64,000 nucleotides of DNA from Utricularia gibba (Eukaryota; Plantae; Magnoliophyta). Made by a program: the position numbers and the translations under genes. This document shows, piece by piece, positions 52,712 to 64,000 of this stretch. Numbering within the stretch: the stretch's first letter is position 1; each line of letters begins with the position of its first letter. The stretch lies in assembly GCA_002189035.1 (NCBI GenBank), contig CM007989.1, forward strand, positions 2,728,001-2,792,000. The letters run 5' to 3'. Below the pieces are notes generated by a model. It was not told the origin of the DNA. It did not search any database and saw nothing but the letters and a program-made list of their open reading frames with translations.

Positions 52712-53992
52712 TCAATTCTCCACAAGTTTCTCGAACTTCTTCATGGCGGATGCAGGCAATCCAAGAAGAACGTTGATGCTTCTCTTCTCCTTACCATGAG
52801 ACAGAAAGAGTACCACTTCCTTCTCCGGCAAAGTCACCGGGCCTGACAGGACGGGGGCGCCCCACCCGAAATCCGTGGTGTGAAAAGGGAGTCTCGACCA
52901 AGTTGTGATCAGCAGTGTGGCCGATAGAGAAGGCCGTGCTCGCGTCGCCTCGAAGTAGTCTATCGCCGATCTCATGTACCTGTCATCCACCATCTTGACA
53001 GCTTCCTGAACCAATCTCACGGAGAACGAGAGGGGATTCTCGATCATCTCCCCTGCTTTGCACACGGAGTTGGTTAAAACGATGGCGTTTCCGAAGTAGT
53101 TTTCAGGGATCGGAGGGTCGAATCTGTGCCGTCCATCCACCGCGAAAAGCAGCTTGGTTTGCTGATTGGGATTCAGATCCAGAGCCTGATTTCGTGCCCT
53201 CCACACGAACCCCGATAGGGCCTCAAACGCAGTGCATTTTGCGATAGCCCCATCTTCGACTGCTCTGTTTTTCAGATCTTGGAGCTTCTCAGGGGAGAAA
53301 CAGAATGAGCGGTAGACGATCTCCCCTTGCTCGGAAATAGAATTTGAAATGTCTTCGATTTCCGCGAACTCATGGTGTGGGAATTCGATCACTGGAGGGG
53401 ATCGCGCTTTCAGAATTGTCCTGTCGATAAATGGGGGAGACTTGATCGGCAACCCCCTTGCGATATCTCCCCAAGCGTTGACGAATCCCATAGCTCCGAT
53501 GCCATCGAACATGCCGTGATTCATACACAGCCCCAGAACGAATCCGCCGCATCTGAATTTCGTTACCTGTGCAACCAGAGGTGGAATTTGGAGGATATTT
53601 GCTGCACCAGGAGTGTCATAAACAAGTTTCCCAAGTATGACAGGATCAGGTTCCGCGATATCCCCTAACTCCTCCAATCCACAGTCCGCCTCCGCCTCCA
53701 CGAAAACCGCCCCTTCTCCGGTGCAATCAACGATAAGCTTCATCTCAGGGCTGATGCTCAGCCTCCCAGCCAACGGATAGTAATGAACAAGAACCTTAGA
53801 CAGAGCATTCTTTATCACTCCCGCCGCCTCCTCGTTCCCCCTTTCCTCCGACTTGAAACAGTAAAGTGTTTTAACAGTCACCGCAATGTTCTGATCAAGA
53901 TTGGACAAGAAGTAATACCCCTTTGGGATGTGATCGGCCGGCGGAACGAGAACTGGGTCCTGCTGCTCCACAATCATATTCACAGTCTCCAT
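52712..53992 (-). CDS. BAHD acyltransferase, omega-hydroxypalmitate O-feruloyltransferase (ASFT/HHT1)-like, intronless ORF
   Basis: [20 protein letters not shown], HxxxD (HGMFD), YFGN and DFGWG. Confidence 0.9.
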   Translation of the reverse strand: METVNMIVEQQDPVLVPPADHIPKGYYFLSNLDQNIAVTVKTLYCFKSEERGNEEAAGVIKNALSKVLVHYYPLAGRLSISPEMKLIVDCTGEGAVFVEAEADCGLEELGDIAEPDPVILGKLVYDTPGAANILQIPPLVAQVTKFRCGGFVLGLCMNHGMFDGIGAMGFVNAWGDIARGLPIKSPPFIDRTILKARSPPVIEFPHHEFAEIEDISNSISEQGEIVYRSFCFSPEKLQDLKNRAVEDGAIAKCTAFEALSGFVWRARNQALDLNPNQQTKLLFAVDGRHRFDPPIPENYFGNAIVLTNSVCKAGEMIENPLSFSVRLVQEAVKMVDDRYMRSAIDYFEATRARPSLSATLLITTWSRLPFHTTDFGWGAPVLSGPVTLPEKEVVLFLSHGKEKRSINVLLGLPASAMKKFEKLVEN

Positions 53993-54595
53993 CCGAAACA
54001 AACGTGACTTACCAGAGAAACAGAGTGAAGGGTATGTCCAGGACAGGAGTTGGTCTACTCCAATGAAGACATAGGGCACAAATTTATACCGAGAGAGATG
54101 AGACAGATTGCGGTAGGCTACTCACCCAGCTGAAAAAACTACACAGATGAGCGAGAATCACAATGCTGGTGAACCAACACTGGACTCTGGGGTGGTCAAC
54201 TACACAGAGATCTCAATGTTGAGTAAACGCAGAGATCAGAAGCGTCATTTACTCCTAAAAATTAAGATTAACAAGATGATTAGTTCATATGAATGGTATG
54301 AATAAAGGGTAGGTCAAACAAGCCCAACCGAATCTGACCAGCTTCAGCATATCAAACTGGTGATCCCCCCCTTCCTCTCTGAATCGTGATCATCCTCATG
54401 TACCCATTTCTGGCCCTAACCTTATTTCTTGGCCTCGCCATTGCAACTCCATTCGCAGAAGTCAAATACCCCAACAAAAGCAGCTTTTTCTTTAGACCAA
54501 GTAAAATATAATAATAATTTTTATTTTTTATCAGTAAAAATATAATAAAAATTTTGAGGCATAACGTTGACGAGGGGCCAATTCATACTTGAGGT

Positions 54596-55097
54596 CAGTG
54601 TGTTAAAAATGGGTTAAACTCATTGAACCGTTTTGTTATGTTTTTGGGTTGAACTGATTTTTAATATGGGTTGAACCTGTTTCGATAAATTTTGATTATA
54701 TTTATTAAAATATTCAATTATAATTATAAAAGCATATTTTGATTATCAAAATATTAAAAATGTAAAAAATTAAATATATATACATAAACAATTGATAATA
54801 TTACATTAAATCATTTTAATGGTTCATTATGTCATTCAAATAATATATAATCCAACTATAAATGAATATTTTTTACTATCAATATAAATACATATATAAA
54901 AATATAATTATTAAGTTTAATCAATATACATATATCAAATATTTTTCATATCTCTTATATTTGCTATTAATTATTTATCTAAAATACGTATTAAAAAATT
55001 TTTAAAAATAAAATAAAAATAAAAGAATTGAATTAGATCCAATCCATAAAAGTACGGGTTTGGATTTAACCGGATCACCCATGATTTTAAAACACTG
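54596..55097. mobile_element. Non-autonomous AT-rich MITE, probably hAT-type
   Basis: Terminal inverted repeats CAGTGTGTTAAAA (54596) and TTTTAAAACACTG (ending 55097), subterminal AACC/GGTT motifs, a very AT-rich core, and only a degenerate possible 8-bp TSD (CTTGAGGT vs CCTGAGGG). Confidence 0.6.
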
Positions 55098-55721
55098 CCT
55101 GCCTGAGGGGACTAATACCATGAGGAAATGGGCCCGGATCAACACCTAGTGAAAGCCCAACATTTACATTCAACGCCCAACATTACTCAATTTTCCAGAT
55201 ATCATTTAGATCCTAAAACCTTTATTTCAAATATGAAACCTTATATACAATTGAATGTATATCTTTCAATTATATTATACTTAAACATTCTAATACCTTA
55301 CTTAGCAATCCCAAATGTTACCGCAACAATTTTTTATTGAACATTAAATAAAATAATAGGTTTAAAATTCAGAACACTGTTCACTTCCCTTCTCGTCAAG
55401 ATTCCGCCAAGACTAGAATATCAATATGTCATGCCGTGGTCGCCCCGAAATTGAAAAAAAAAATGCTCATTTTAAATTTTTTTTTTAAAAAAAGTACGAC
55501 CGGGTAACCTGATTCGTATTTAATGCTTAAAAAACGCCGATAACGCAGGAGTTTTCTAATGGGAATGTAGGAGAATATAATAAGAGTAGAGGAACTATAC
55601 ACAGACTTGCGTGAAGGGTTGGATTCAAATATATGTAATTCATTTTTATACACGATGCCCGGCGGTGGCGGGCTATAAATAGAGATGGATGCCGGCGCAG
55701 TGCTGGAGAGCATAGAGAAAG

Positions 55722-56266
55722 ATGGGAGGAAGTGGGAGGTGTGTTGTCACCTGTCTTCTGCTCTTCCTTGTCGTCGTTGTCAACTGTGAAACGACTCTTC
55801 TTCCTATACCACTGCCATGCTTCCCTGGTTGGCTTCCTCTCAATCTCTTGGATCCTCACTGCTCGCCTCCGCCTCCCTCTTCAGCTTCGCCTCCGCCTCC
55901 CTCTTCAGCTTCGCCTTCGCCTCCCTATTCAGCTTCGCCTCCGCCTCCCTATTCAGCTTGGCCTGCGCCTCCCTCTGCAGCTTCGCCTCCGCCTCCCTAT
56001 TCAGCTTCGCCACCGCCTCCCTCTTCAGCTTCACCTCCGCCTCCCTATTCAGTTTCGCCACCGCCTCCCTATTCAGTTTCGCCTCCACCTCCCCATTCAG
56101 CTTCGCCTCCGCCTCCCTATTCAGCTTCGCCTCCGCCCCCTATTCAGCTTCGCCTCCGCCTCCCTATTCAGTTTCGCCACCGCCTCCCTCTTCAGCTTGC
56201 CCTCCGCCTCCCCATTCAGCTTCGCCTCCGCCTCCCAAAAGCAATTGGACCGCACCCTGGCCATAG
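55722..56266 (+). CDS. Secreted extensin-like proline-rich protein, copy 1 (SPPPP-Y/S/H-S-A octapeptide repeats); 1-bp frameshift at about 56136
   Basis: Signal peptide, upstream TATAAATA, and a 24-nt tandem repeat. One unit is 23 nt; restoring it gives the end KSNWTAPWP*. Confidence 0.85.
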
Positions 56267-57636
56267 AGACGGGACGGCTGACAACCAGTCGACGTGTGGT
56301 TGCGAGTTGTGATGACGTAATAAAAGCTCTTTTTTTATCGCCAAAATAAAAAAAGAACACAACCTATTACTATTACTATTACTATTACTATTACTATACC
56401 ATCCATCCCACTTAAGGGTAGTTGAGGTGTTCCTTCCTTAGCACTTGTATTCTACAGCTACTACTGTCTTTCAAATGAATAATAGTCAACCGGTTTCATT
56501 ACCTTGTTAAATATAGGATATCGTCCTTCAGTTACATTTTTACGATATTATTCGTATCGTAAATTTCGACACTAAATTCCGTATTAATAATCGAAATACA
56601 AATCAGTTAGTTATTTTCCAGAGAGTGCATTCGATAACGTAATCTAATTAATTATGTATTTTTGTAATTTATATTTAAATAAATACAGAACACTTTTCAG
56701 TTCCCTTCTCGTAAAAGTGTACGCCAGGACTACAAAATCAATATGCCATGTCGTCGTCGCTTCCAAATTGAACAAAAAAATAAAGCTCATTTTAAAATAA
56801 AAAAAAAGTAAGCGGATTTAGAATTGACCCGATCACTTCAAATCGAACCGGGTTCAATTGTCATTTGTAGTTCGGAGTGTTCGGATCTACTTCTCTCACA
56901 TTTTTTTAAAACTTTAAAAGAAAATTATAACAAAACTATATTCCAACATACAGTCACGACCAACAATCCATTTGCATGATTTTGTCTCGAACACTAAAAT
57001 CTCATGATTTTATATTTTATATTTTTAGAAAAAAACTCTCTACAAAATTATTAAAATCTCTTTATTTAATCATATCATCTTTATTATCTGCAATCAATGA
57101 GGGATAATGCTATAGCCCATTTGCCTTACAACACCTACATCCATGACATGCTCTTAAAATTTAGTTCCAAAATCAAACTAACTGCATATCAATTCGATAT
57201 AAAACCTGCTCAAACTTGAATATTAGTTTTAAATACTTGCATCATTTTAAAAGTCTTATCGTTAATTTATGTGTTATAATATAAAATAATAATAAAAGGT
57301 CGAGTGAAGAGTTGAAAAAGATGCAAGTAATAGTAATAGACTCCACTCGGTGTACGGTTTTGCAAAAGTATTGTTTTAAAAAAGTATTTATTATAAAATA
57401 GAATTTAATATTTTATATTTTTGAAATAAGAAGATTAATAGTGTAATTTAACATCATTAATTAATTGAACTTATGTAATAGATGTATTTTTATTTCATTA
57501 TGAATAAAGTATTCATTAATAAAATTAATTGAATATTACTAAATATTGCTAAACCTAACATCTGAGTAATATAAAATAAGGTTAAAATTCCAAATGGAGA
57601 CAAATTGGTGTATTCTTTAAAACTGTAGATAAAATA

Positions 57637-57731
57637 GGGATGCAATAAGAGGATTCTCTAGAGGTCAACCATCCTAGTACTAATGTCACGCAAGCATACT
57701 TAACTTCGTTAGTGCTCATATTATTGCACCC
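57637..57731 (-). pseudogene. 5S rRNA pseudogene (orphan copy with a ~23-nt internal deletion)
   Basis: The minus strand reads GGGTGCAATAATATGAGCACTAA/CGAAGTTAAGTATGCTTGCGTGACATTAGTACTAGGATGGTTGACCTCTAGAGAATCCTCTTATTGCATCCC. This is colinear with plant 5S rRNA (...AGTTAAGCGTGCTTGGGCGAGAGTAGTACTAGGATGGGTGACCTCC...TTGCATCCC). Confidence 0.85.
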
Positions 57732-58301
57732 AAGTGATGTTGCACGATAAAATAAGTCATATGTCACACTCCTGTGTTCAATAATTATATCTTTCAAACC
57801 GTTTTAATCCATATGAAGTATCATGCATCGTTTCGAAGCTCTTTTAAAGGTTGATGCATCTGAGTATGCTTCAACATCGTATGATGATGATCTTTCGGAA
57901 CTTGAAACGCAGCCGTGATGTAGATGGTGTGCAGCCGTAACGCGTCATGATGAAGATGTAGAAGTTGCAATTTTTTATTGCTACTATGATTTGCGGAGTC
58001 TCTGTTTTCTAGTCGTTTGGCAACACATGGATATCCCGATTCGTATTTTATGATTAAAAAAACGCTGATAAGGCGTAATGGGAGCAGGGCTTCCATGGCG
58101 AGAGAAGGGGCAGCAGTTCCCCGACGGGGATGCAGGAGAATATAATAGGACTAGACGAACTATACGCCGACTTACGTGAAGGGTTGGATTCAAATATATG
58201 TGGTTCATTTTTAAACACCACGTCGTACACTGCGGTGTCCGGCGGTGGCCGGCTATAAATAGAGATGGATACCGGCGCAGTGTTGGAGATTATACAGAAA
58301 G

Positions 58302-58825
58302 ATGGGAGGAAGTGGGAGGTGTGTTGTCACCTGTCTTCTGCTCTTTCTTGTCGTCGTCGTCAACTGTGAAACGACTCTTCCTCGTGAACCACGGCCATGC
58401 CGCCCTGGTTGGCTTCCTCCCGACCGCAGTGATCCTTACTGCTCGCCTCCGCCTCCCTCTTCACCTTCGCCATCGCCTTCCCATTCACCTTCGCCACCGC
58501 CTTCCCATTCACCTTCGCCACCGCCTCCCCTTCACCTTCGCCACCGCCTTCCCCTTCACCTTAGCCACTGCCTTCCCCTTCACCTTCGCCACTGCCTTCC
58601 CCTTCACCTTCGCCACCGCCTTCCCATTCAACTTCGCCACCGCCTCCTCCATCACCTTCGCCACCGCCTCCCCATTCACCTTCGCCATCGCCTTCCCATT
58701 CACCTTCGCCACCGCCTCCTTCTCCTCCTCGCAGATTTGGCCCCTCGCCTTCACCGTCAGCTCGCCCTCCATCGCCATCCCCTGCAGTCTCACCCATAGG
58801 CAATCTGACCGCCGCCTGGACGTAG
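58302..58825 (+). pseudogene. Proline-rich protein copy 2 (Ser-Pro repeats); 1-bp deletion plus an in-frame TAG
   Basis: Identical signal peptide to copy 1. One repeat unit is 23 nt at about 58526; in the restored frame TCG has become TAG at 58562-58564. The ancestral end GNLTAAWT* lies at 58825. Confidence 0.7.
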
Positions 58826-60568
58826 AGACGAGACGGCTGACAGCCAGTCGACGTGTGGTTGCGAGTTATGATGACGTAATAAAAGCTCTTTTTATCGCCA
58901 AAATAAAAAAAGAGCACAACCTATTACTATACCATCCATCCTCCCTTAAAGGAAGTTGAGGTGTTCCTTCCTTGCACTTGTATTCTACTACTTTCTTTCA
59001 AATGAATAATAATTAACATGTTTCATTACCTTATCAAATAAATGATATCGTCCTTTGGTTATGATATTATTCGCATTATAAACTTCGACACTAAATTTCA
59101 TATTAATATTTGAGATACAACTCAATATATTTTCTAGAGACTGCATTCTATAACGTCTAATTACTTATGTATTTTGATTATTTATATTCAAATAAATATA
59201 TGTTATATTTTCATAATTAAAAAAATATAAGTTCTACATGTATGTATTTTCACGTGTTATTGAAAAAATTAGATGAGAAAAAAATTTGAAAAACGCGATT
59301 GAAATTTTTATAATAATTCATTTTATAAATCAGAAATTTATTTAAAATATATTTCTATCAAACATATAACTTATTTAAATAAATTTATCAAATAGGACGT
59401 GTTAGTTAGGATTATTTGTGCATTAGCATGCAGACGCATGAAACTGATGCAATGGTATTGGGCCGGATCTCTTCGTCTTTTTGGGCTCGCTTTGCACTCA
59501 AGCCCAAATGGAATCATCATCGCCTTCTTTGACGTCTCCGTGCGCAAGACAAATCCCTTCAGACAGCGGCTGAAATACCCCCTTTTTTTTCCGGTGGCCC
59601 TCATTATGAGGTTGGTCTTATTCAAAGTCCTTTCTTCTCCCATGTTTTTCTTTGAAACTGAATGTTTGTCTCATCAGCTGAACGATTAACATCTTAAACG
59701 GGCATGTGTAGAATTTCAGATCTGTATTCCTTTCATTTGAAATGTATGATTTCAATTTTTTTCAGGTATGGCTAAAATGATGGTCTAAATGTTACAGCCT
59801 CGGCAGCTGATGCTGCAGTCACTGCTCTTTGCTACGGGAATCAATTTTCCAGAGAAATTTTCGTTGATGATTGTAGAGGTGATGATCGGACAGTACATCC
59901 TTAAGATCAAGCCTATTTAATTTTAGATTTGACTGCTGTCCCCTGCCAAGAGCATCATACCATTAAACTTGGGGACAAGGGCCACTGCATGCAAATTCTA
60001 AGCTGATAGCAGACTTTAATTTTAGATACTTGTTGGCTACAGTGATTCAAAATCAGGTTAGCTCCCTGTCCCTCAAACTATCAATTGAACACCACTTGTC
60101 CAAGGATTCATATGTTACGTTACAATTTTGTAAGTGTATGTCAAACAACAGGCGTGTCCTAGGATTGATGTTTTTCTTTAGTTTGGTGCTGGGATGACAT
60201 GAATCTGCGATATCAATTCAAACAAAGAAGCTGCACTGGATGAAATACTTCAAAGAGTTAGAATATATGATGGAAACAGGGCAAGCTCAGGTTGTGGAAC
60301 TGGATGAAACTCAGTTGTCTGAACGAATAGACGTACTGCGAAGGATAGTTGCTGCTGGTATAAACGAACTTGCGGATCAAAAGCCATTGAGGTAACTCAA
60401 TCTTATTATTCTGATTAGGCCAATCTTTCTGACATGCTTAGTCTATGTACCTAAGTTTGTAGTACATTTTACAGTAGGAAAAGGCTCAGTATCGATACTC
60501 TTTATTGTATGACCTTTCCGCCAGTTTAGTAGCATATGTAACTGGATTTACCTCTGCCCTCGGGTATG

Positions 60569-62320
60569 TTAGACAATGCAACATGCATTTGGATTCTCAT
60601 CACTGAACATCTCCGATACGCGGTTGTTGATGATCATCTCATTTGTTGGTGGGTAGGCATAGTAATACTTGTTGCTATAGGGAGGAGGATAGTAGCGATA
60701 GGGATCAATTCTTTTTCCCCCTCGTCTTCTGGTTTCTTTTCCGGGTCAACTTTCAAAATGGTGACGTGTTTCCCGGTTTTCTGGTGGACGAAGTTCGCCA
60801 TCGTTTCCGGCGAGATCATGGTGCCCTTTACCGTGATCTGGGATGTGTTGAGATCCGCCTCCGCGCTCTCCACCCCTGAATCCATTTCAGACACCACGGT
60901 TTAAGCCAACAAAAAGAGGAAAAGGTATGTTTCAAAACACCGGCTGTGATTTACAGAAAAGAAAAGGACCTTGCAGTCTCTTGATGCGCCTCGTGATTTC
61001 ATCACCGCATGCCTCGCAGTGTATGTGAACACCCAGCACCACCGTAGTCACCGGAGGAGCCTCTGGTGTCTCCGGCGGCTTGTCCATCTCTTCCTTTTGC
61101 GGCGCGGGACAGACTAGCGCAACTTCTCGCTTCATCTTCTTCTCAAGCATCTCCATAGCCTTCGCCGGATCCAACTTAACTCCTTTCACGACCACCGTGC
61201 CGGTGTCCAAATTGGCTAGCACCTCCTCCACACCTGATGCAAGCCATATCGAACTCAATTTCGAACCAGAAGACAACTCATTCTCACACTCTTTCAAGTT
61301 TACCGTCAAGTTCTTGGAGGATCTTGCGAACTTTCCGAACGCAGCCCAGGCAATGCATGCAGACCTTGAGAATTACCACGTTATGGTGGTTTGAGCATGA
61401 TCCTCCAGCCTCCGGAGCGTCGGCCTCCTTCTTCTCCTCGGCGCAGTCCGGTTTCTTCTCAGGCTCCACTTTAAGTATCCTTACAGTGTTGCCTGTTTTC
61501 CGGTGGATGTAGTCGGCGAGGCTCTCCGGTGGCATCACTCCCTTTACGGTCACTTGGGAGATCTTTAGATCTACATCGACGCTCTCGACTTCTGCTCACA
61601 GTGACACCATGTATTCTTCAATAGCACTTTCGTAGTTGAATAGGTTTGGTAAAAACACACGATGCGAGATTGTGGTGACGAGAAAGCGACAAAAATCCAA
61701 ACCTGGGAGTCGTTTCAGACGATTCTTGATTTCATCAGCACAGGCTTCGCAGTGCAGATAAACCCCCAACACGACGGTAGTCATCTCACAACCCTACATT
61801 GCATGACGCCTTCAGATTTTTAATATTTACGTAGTCATTGACATGCAGGTGCATTGTGATCTGATGGCATGGCAAACCTCTTCTTTCTCCGGTGGCTTAG
61901 CCTCCTCTTCTTTCTCCTCCACTATCTCCGGCGGCGGCGGTTCCTGGACGGGCGGCGAGACTAACTCCACCTGACGGCGGCTCTTTTTCTTAACGATCTC
62001 CACCACCTTCTCTGCGTCCACTTTAGAGCCTCTCACGATCACGGTCTCCCCGCCGAAATCCGCGATCACCTCCTCCACCCCTGAAATACATAATTAAGCA
62101 CTTATGAATCCTCACAACTTTAAAAGCAATATTCACAGAACACTGGTGGATTCGCCGGTCACCCTCTAGACGTAGGAGGCTTTTGCGGACTTTCCGGGCA
62201 CAGCCGTGGCAGTGCAGGGAAACCCTTACGACGATTTCACTCTATCGACAGTAAAGCAGGTAATGAGCAAGAAAAAGAGACCAGAAAAGCAAGGCGACGT
62301 AGCGAAATTACCTCCCCCAT
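60569..62320 (-). CDS. HIPP: Heavy-metal-associated isoprenylated plant protein with FOUR HMA domains; exons 62320-62312, 62241-62163, 62080-61878, 61793-61703, 61591-61304, 61233-60970, 60875-60569 (413 aa after restoring 1 G)
   Basis: CxxC motifs CHGC, CEAC, CLGC and CEAC; all six GT-AG introns are phase-compatible; C-terminal MFSDENPNACCIV* CaaX box. Confidence 0.9.
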
Positions 62321-63689
62321 CAGTATCAACTACCGGAATGCAAATGCTTCTTAACTGCAACAACACAGAGCAAGCTCCCTTGTAGTCCGCCTATCAATTT
62401 ATAAATGATGAAAAAAAAAACCTTCAAATATTGTTTTTTTCAATTTAAATATTTATAAATAAAAATTCCTTAATAGTATATAATGTCATGTGATTAAATG
62501 ACTATAAAATTTTCTTCTTAATTTTGTTACCATGTTGAATTAAACAGATTATTTCAATAAAAAAGAATAGTTTCCGTACTTAATGTTTGGTGGTAAAGTG
62601 GATGTTTTTCATGACAATTCTCCCTAGAAACTGGGAACCTTTAGAAAAATCTGATGTCCATTTTAAAAAGTTGTTTTTTTTGTATTTAAACTATTTATTA
62701 AAAATATAAAAAGTGCCCCTGATTTACTGTGTAATCACATCTTATTCCCTGATATATACACATTATCTCAAATTAACTTTTTTGTTTAAAGTTTATTTAT
62801 TTCCAGAAAAATAGTTTAAAAAAGGATTTTTCACGCAATATATACATTGAATTAACTTTTGGGACAAGGAATGTCTTTTATTTTTTTTTTTTAAAAACTT
62901 TTTTCAGGAAAAAAAAGAGCAGAGCACAAGTTTTAGACATACTGCACCATGACAAAGCAATTCCTTGTCCGAATTTCTCGACTCTTTTGATGCAATGCCA
63001 AAATCTCAGTTGTTATATACAATATAATCGAATTCTAATTTTATTTTTACAAAGAAAATAAAAAAAACTACCTTTTATTTATTATTAGGCAACAGTTGCA
63101 AATATTATTCATTTAAAAATAAGATTTGTTTTTAATATATACAAATAAAAATAAAATATTAAACATAAAAAAATTGGATGATATCTAGAGTTTCGTGAGA
63201 TGACAAGAAATGATTCGAGCAATCATTCATTTAAATTCCAAATACTTTATTACATTTGAGGTTTCAGATGTATCAAGACAACACTAACTTCCGCCCCTTC
63301 ACATCTGATGCTATAGTAAGCGTGCGTATTTTGAAATGAGGGTGGAATATATGGATCTTTTTGAAAATTAATCATCTTAACATTATCTACTAAATCAAAA
63401 TTTTACATATAGAATGATTATTTTTCAGATAGAGTAGGGTTTATTTTCAAAATCATCCCGAATATATTATGATACGAGGTGGCGGGGGCAGGCACAGCAG
63501 CAGTAGGCAGCAGGCAGCAGTGATGACTCCTCCACCTCGTGCTGCCATGTGCCTTTCTATGGAGTTCTAGGTTTAAATTGCTTCACCGTTCAACTTCGCT
63601 ATGCATTCAATTGATTGAAATAGTGCATGGATTTGGTATCCCATCGTCTCCGGCGCCCGCCTATAAAATAAACTCACCCTTGCCGAGGA

Positions 63690-63971
63690 ATGCAACACAT
63701 GATGATGAGGGGAATTCGAAGCTTTGTGGTGATGGCTGGTCTCCTCTTCTTCCTGGCCGCTAGTGTTGCTGGTAAAAAACACAAATCACCGCCCCCGCCC
63801 CCTCCTAAACACTCCCCTCCGCCGCCTGCTCCTAATCACTCGCCTCCTCCTCCTCCTCCTAAACACTCGCCTCCGCCCCCTGGCAAACAGTCGCCTGCGC
63901 CCTCGCCCTTGCCGCCGCCCTCGCTGTCGCCGTCGCCGGGGCCGTCTCCGAGACCTCCACCTGCTTGCTAA
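63690..63971 (+). CDS. Small secreted Lys/His-containing extensin/AGP-like proline-rich protein
   Basis: TATAAAA at 63662, hydrophobic signal peptide, KHSPPPP repeats, SP dipeptides and a terminal Cys. Confidence 0.8.
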   Translation: MQHMMMRGIRSFVVMAGLLFFLAASVAGKKHKSPPPPPPKHSPPPPAPNHSPPPPPPKHSPPPPGKQSPAPSPLPPPSLSPSPGPSPRPPPAC

Positions 63972-64000
63972 TCGGCGCCATTCCACTACAAATACCTTAA

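Larger units (their letters stand above)
55370..59190 (+). repeat. Tandem duplication of a ~1.3 kb unit (promoter + proline-rich gene + 3' flank), with ~1.2 kb of unrelated sequence in the second upstream region
   Basis: 55370-55480 resembles 56684-56800; 55520-55720 resembles 58036-58300; the two 3' flanks (GATGACGTAATAAAAGCTC...) align. Boundaries are approximate. Confidence 0.8.

Noticed and set aside
55860-56235. Regular short repeats as a possible CRISPR-like array
   Set aside because: Contiguous coding repeats without unique spacers, in a eukaryotic gene.
55732-56349. Long alternative-frame and antisense ORFs (LRLRLP, SASLFSF, EAKLNREA repeats), and the same at 58198-58959
   Set aside because: By-products of the 24-nt Pro-codon repeat, which lacks stops in other frames.

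Overview
Gene-dense nuclear DNA from a flowering plant (probably a eudicot with a compact genome; that is inference). I find about 25 protein-coding loci, mostly with short introns, and no intact LTR retrotransposon. In order: SEC16 (3' part), MAPR4/neuferricin-like, an aspartyl protease, NPG1, an STMP1-like microprotein, LDH, two hybrid proline-rich proteins, an inverted second LDH, a divergent short PIN, CYP26-2, NDPK2, a decayed Cir_N/LENG1-like gene, a 60-aa ORF, PTAC10, cytochrome b5, a SAP-domain remnant, adenylosuccinate synthetase, SEX4, a monoacylglycerol lipase, mitochondrial RPS9, TPD1-like, a BAHD acyltransferase, a MITE, tandem proline-rich wall-protein genes with a 5S rDNA relic between them, a HIPP with four HMA domains, and a third proline-rich protein. 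The best biological leads are (1) the second LDH, whose substrate-specificity loop reads GVRM instead of GARQ, (2) a HIPP with an internally duplicated 2-HMA module, and (3) a short PIN with altered binding-pocket motifs. Caveat: about a dozen genes, including essential ones, each lack one base in a short homopolymer. This most likely reflects uncorrected long-read assembly error, so frameshift-only pseudogene calls here are unsafe. All exon structures were read by eye and family assignments come from recalled motifs; no database search was run.
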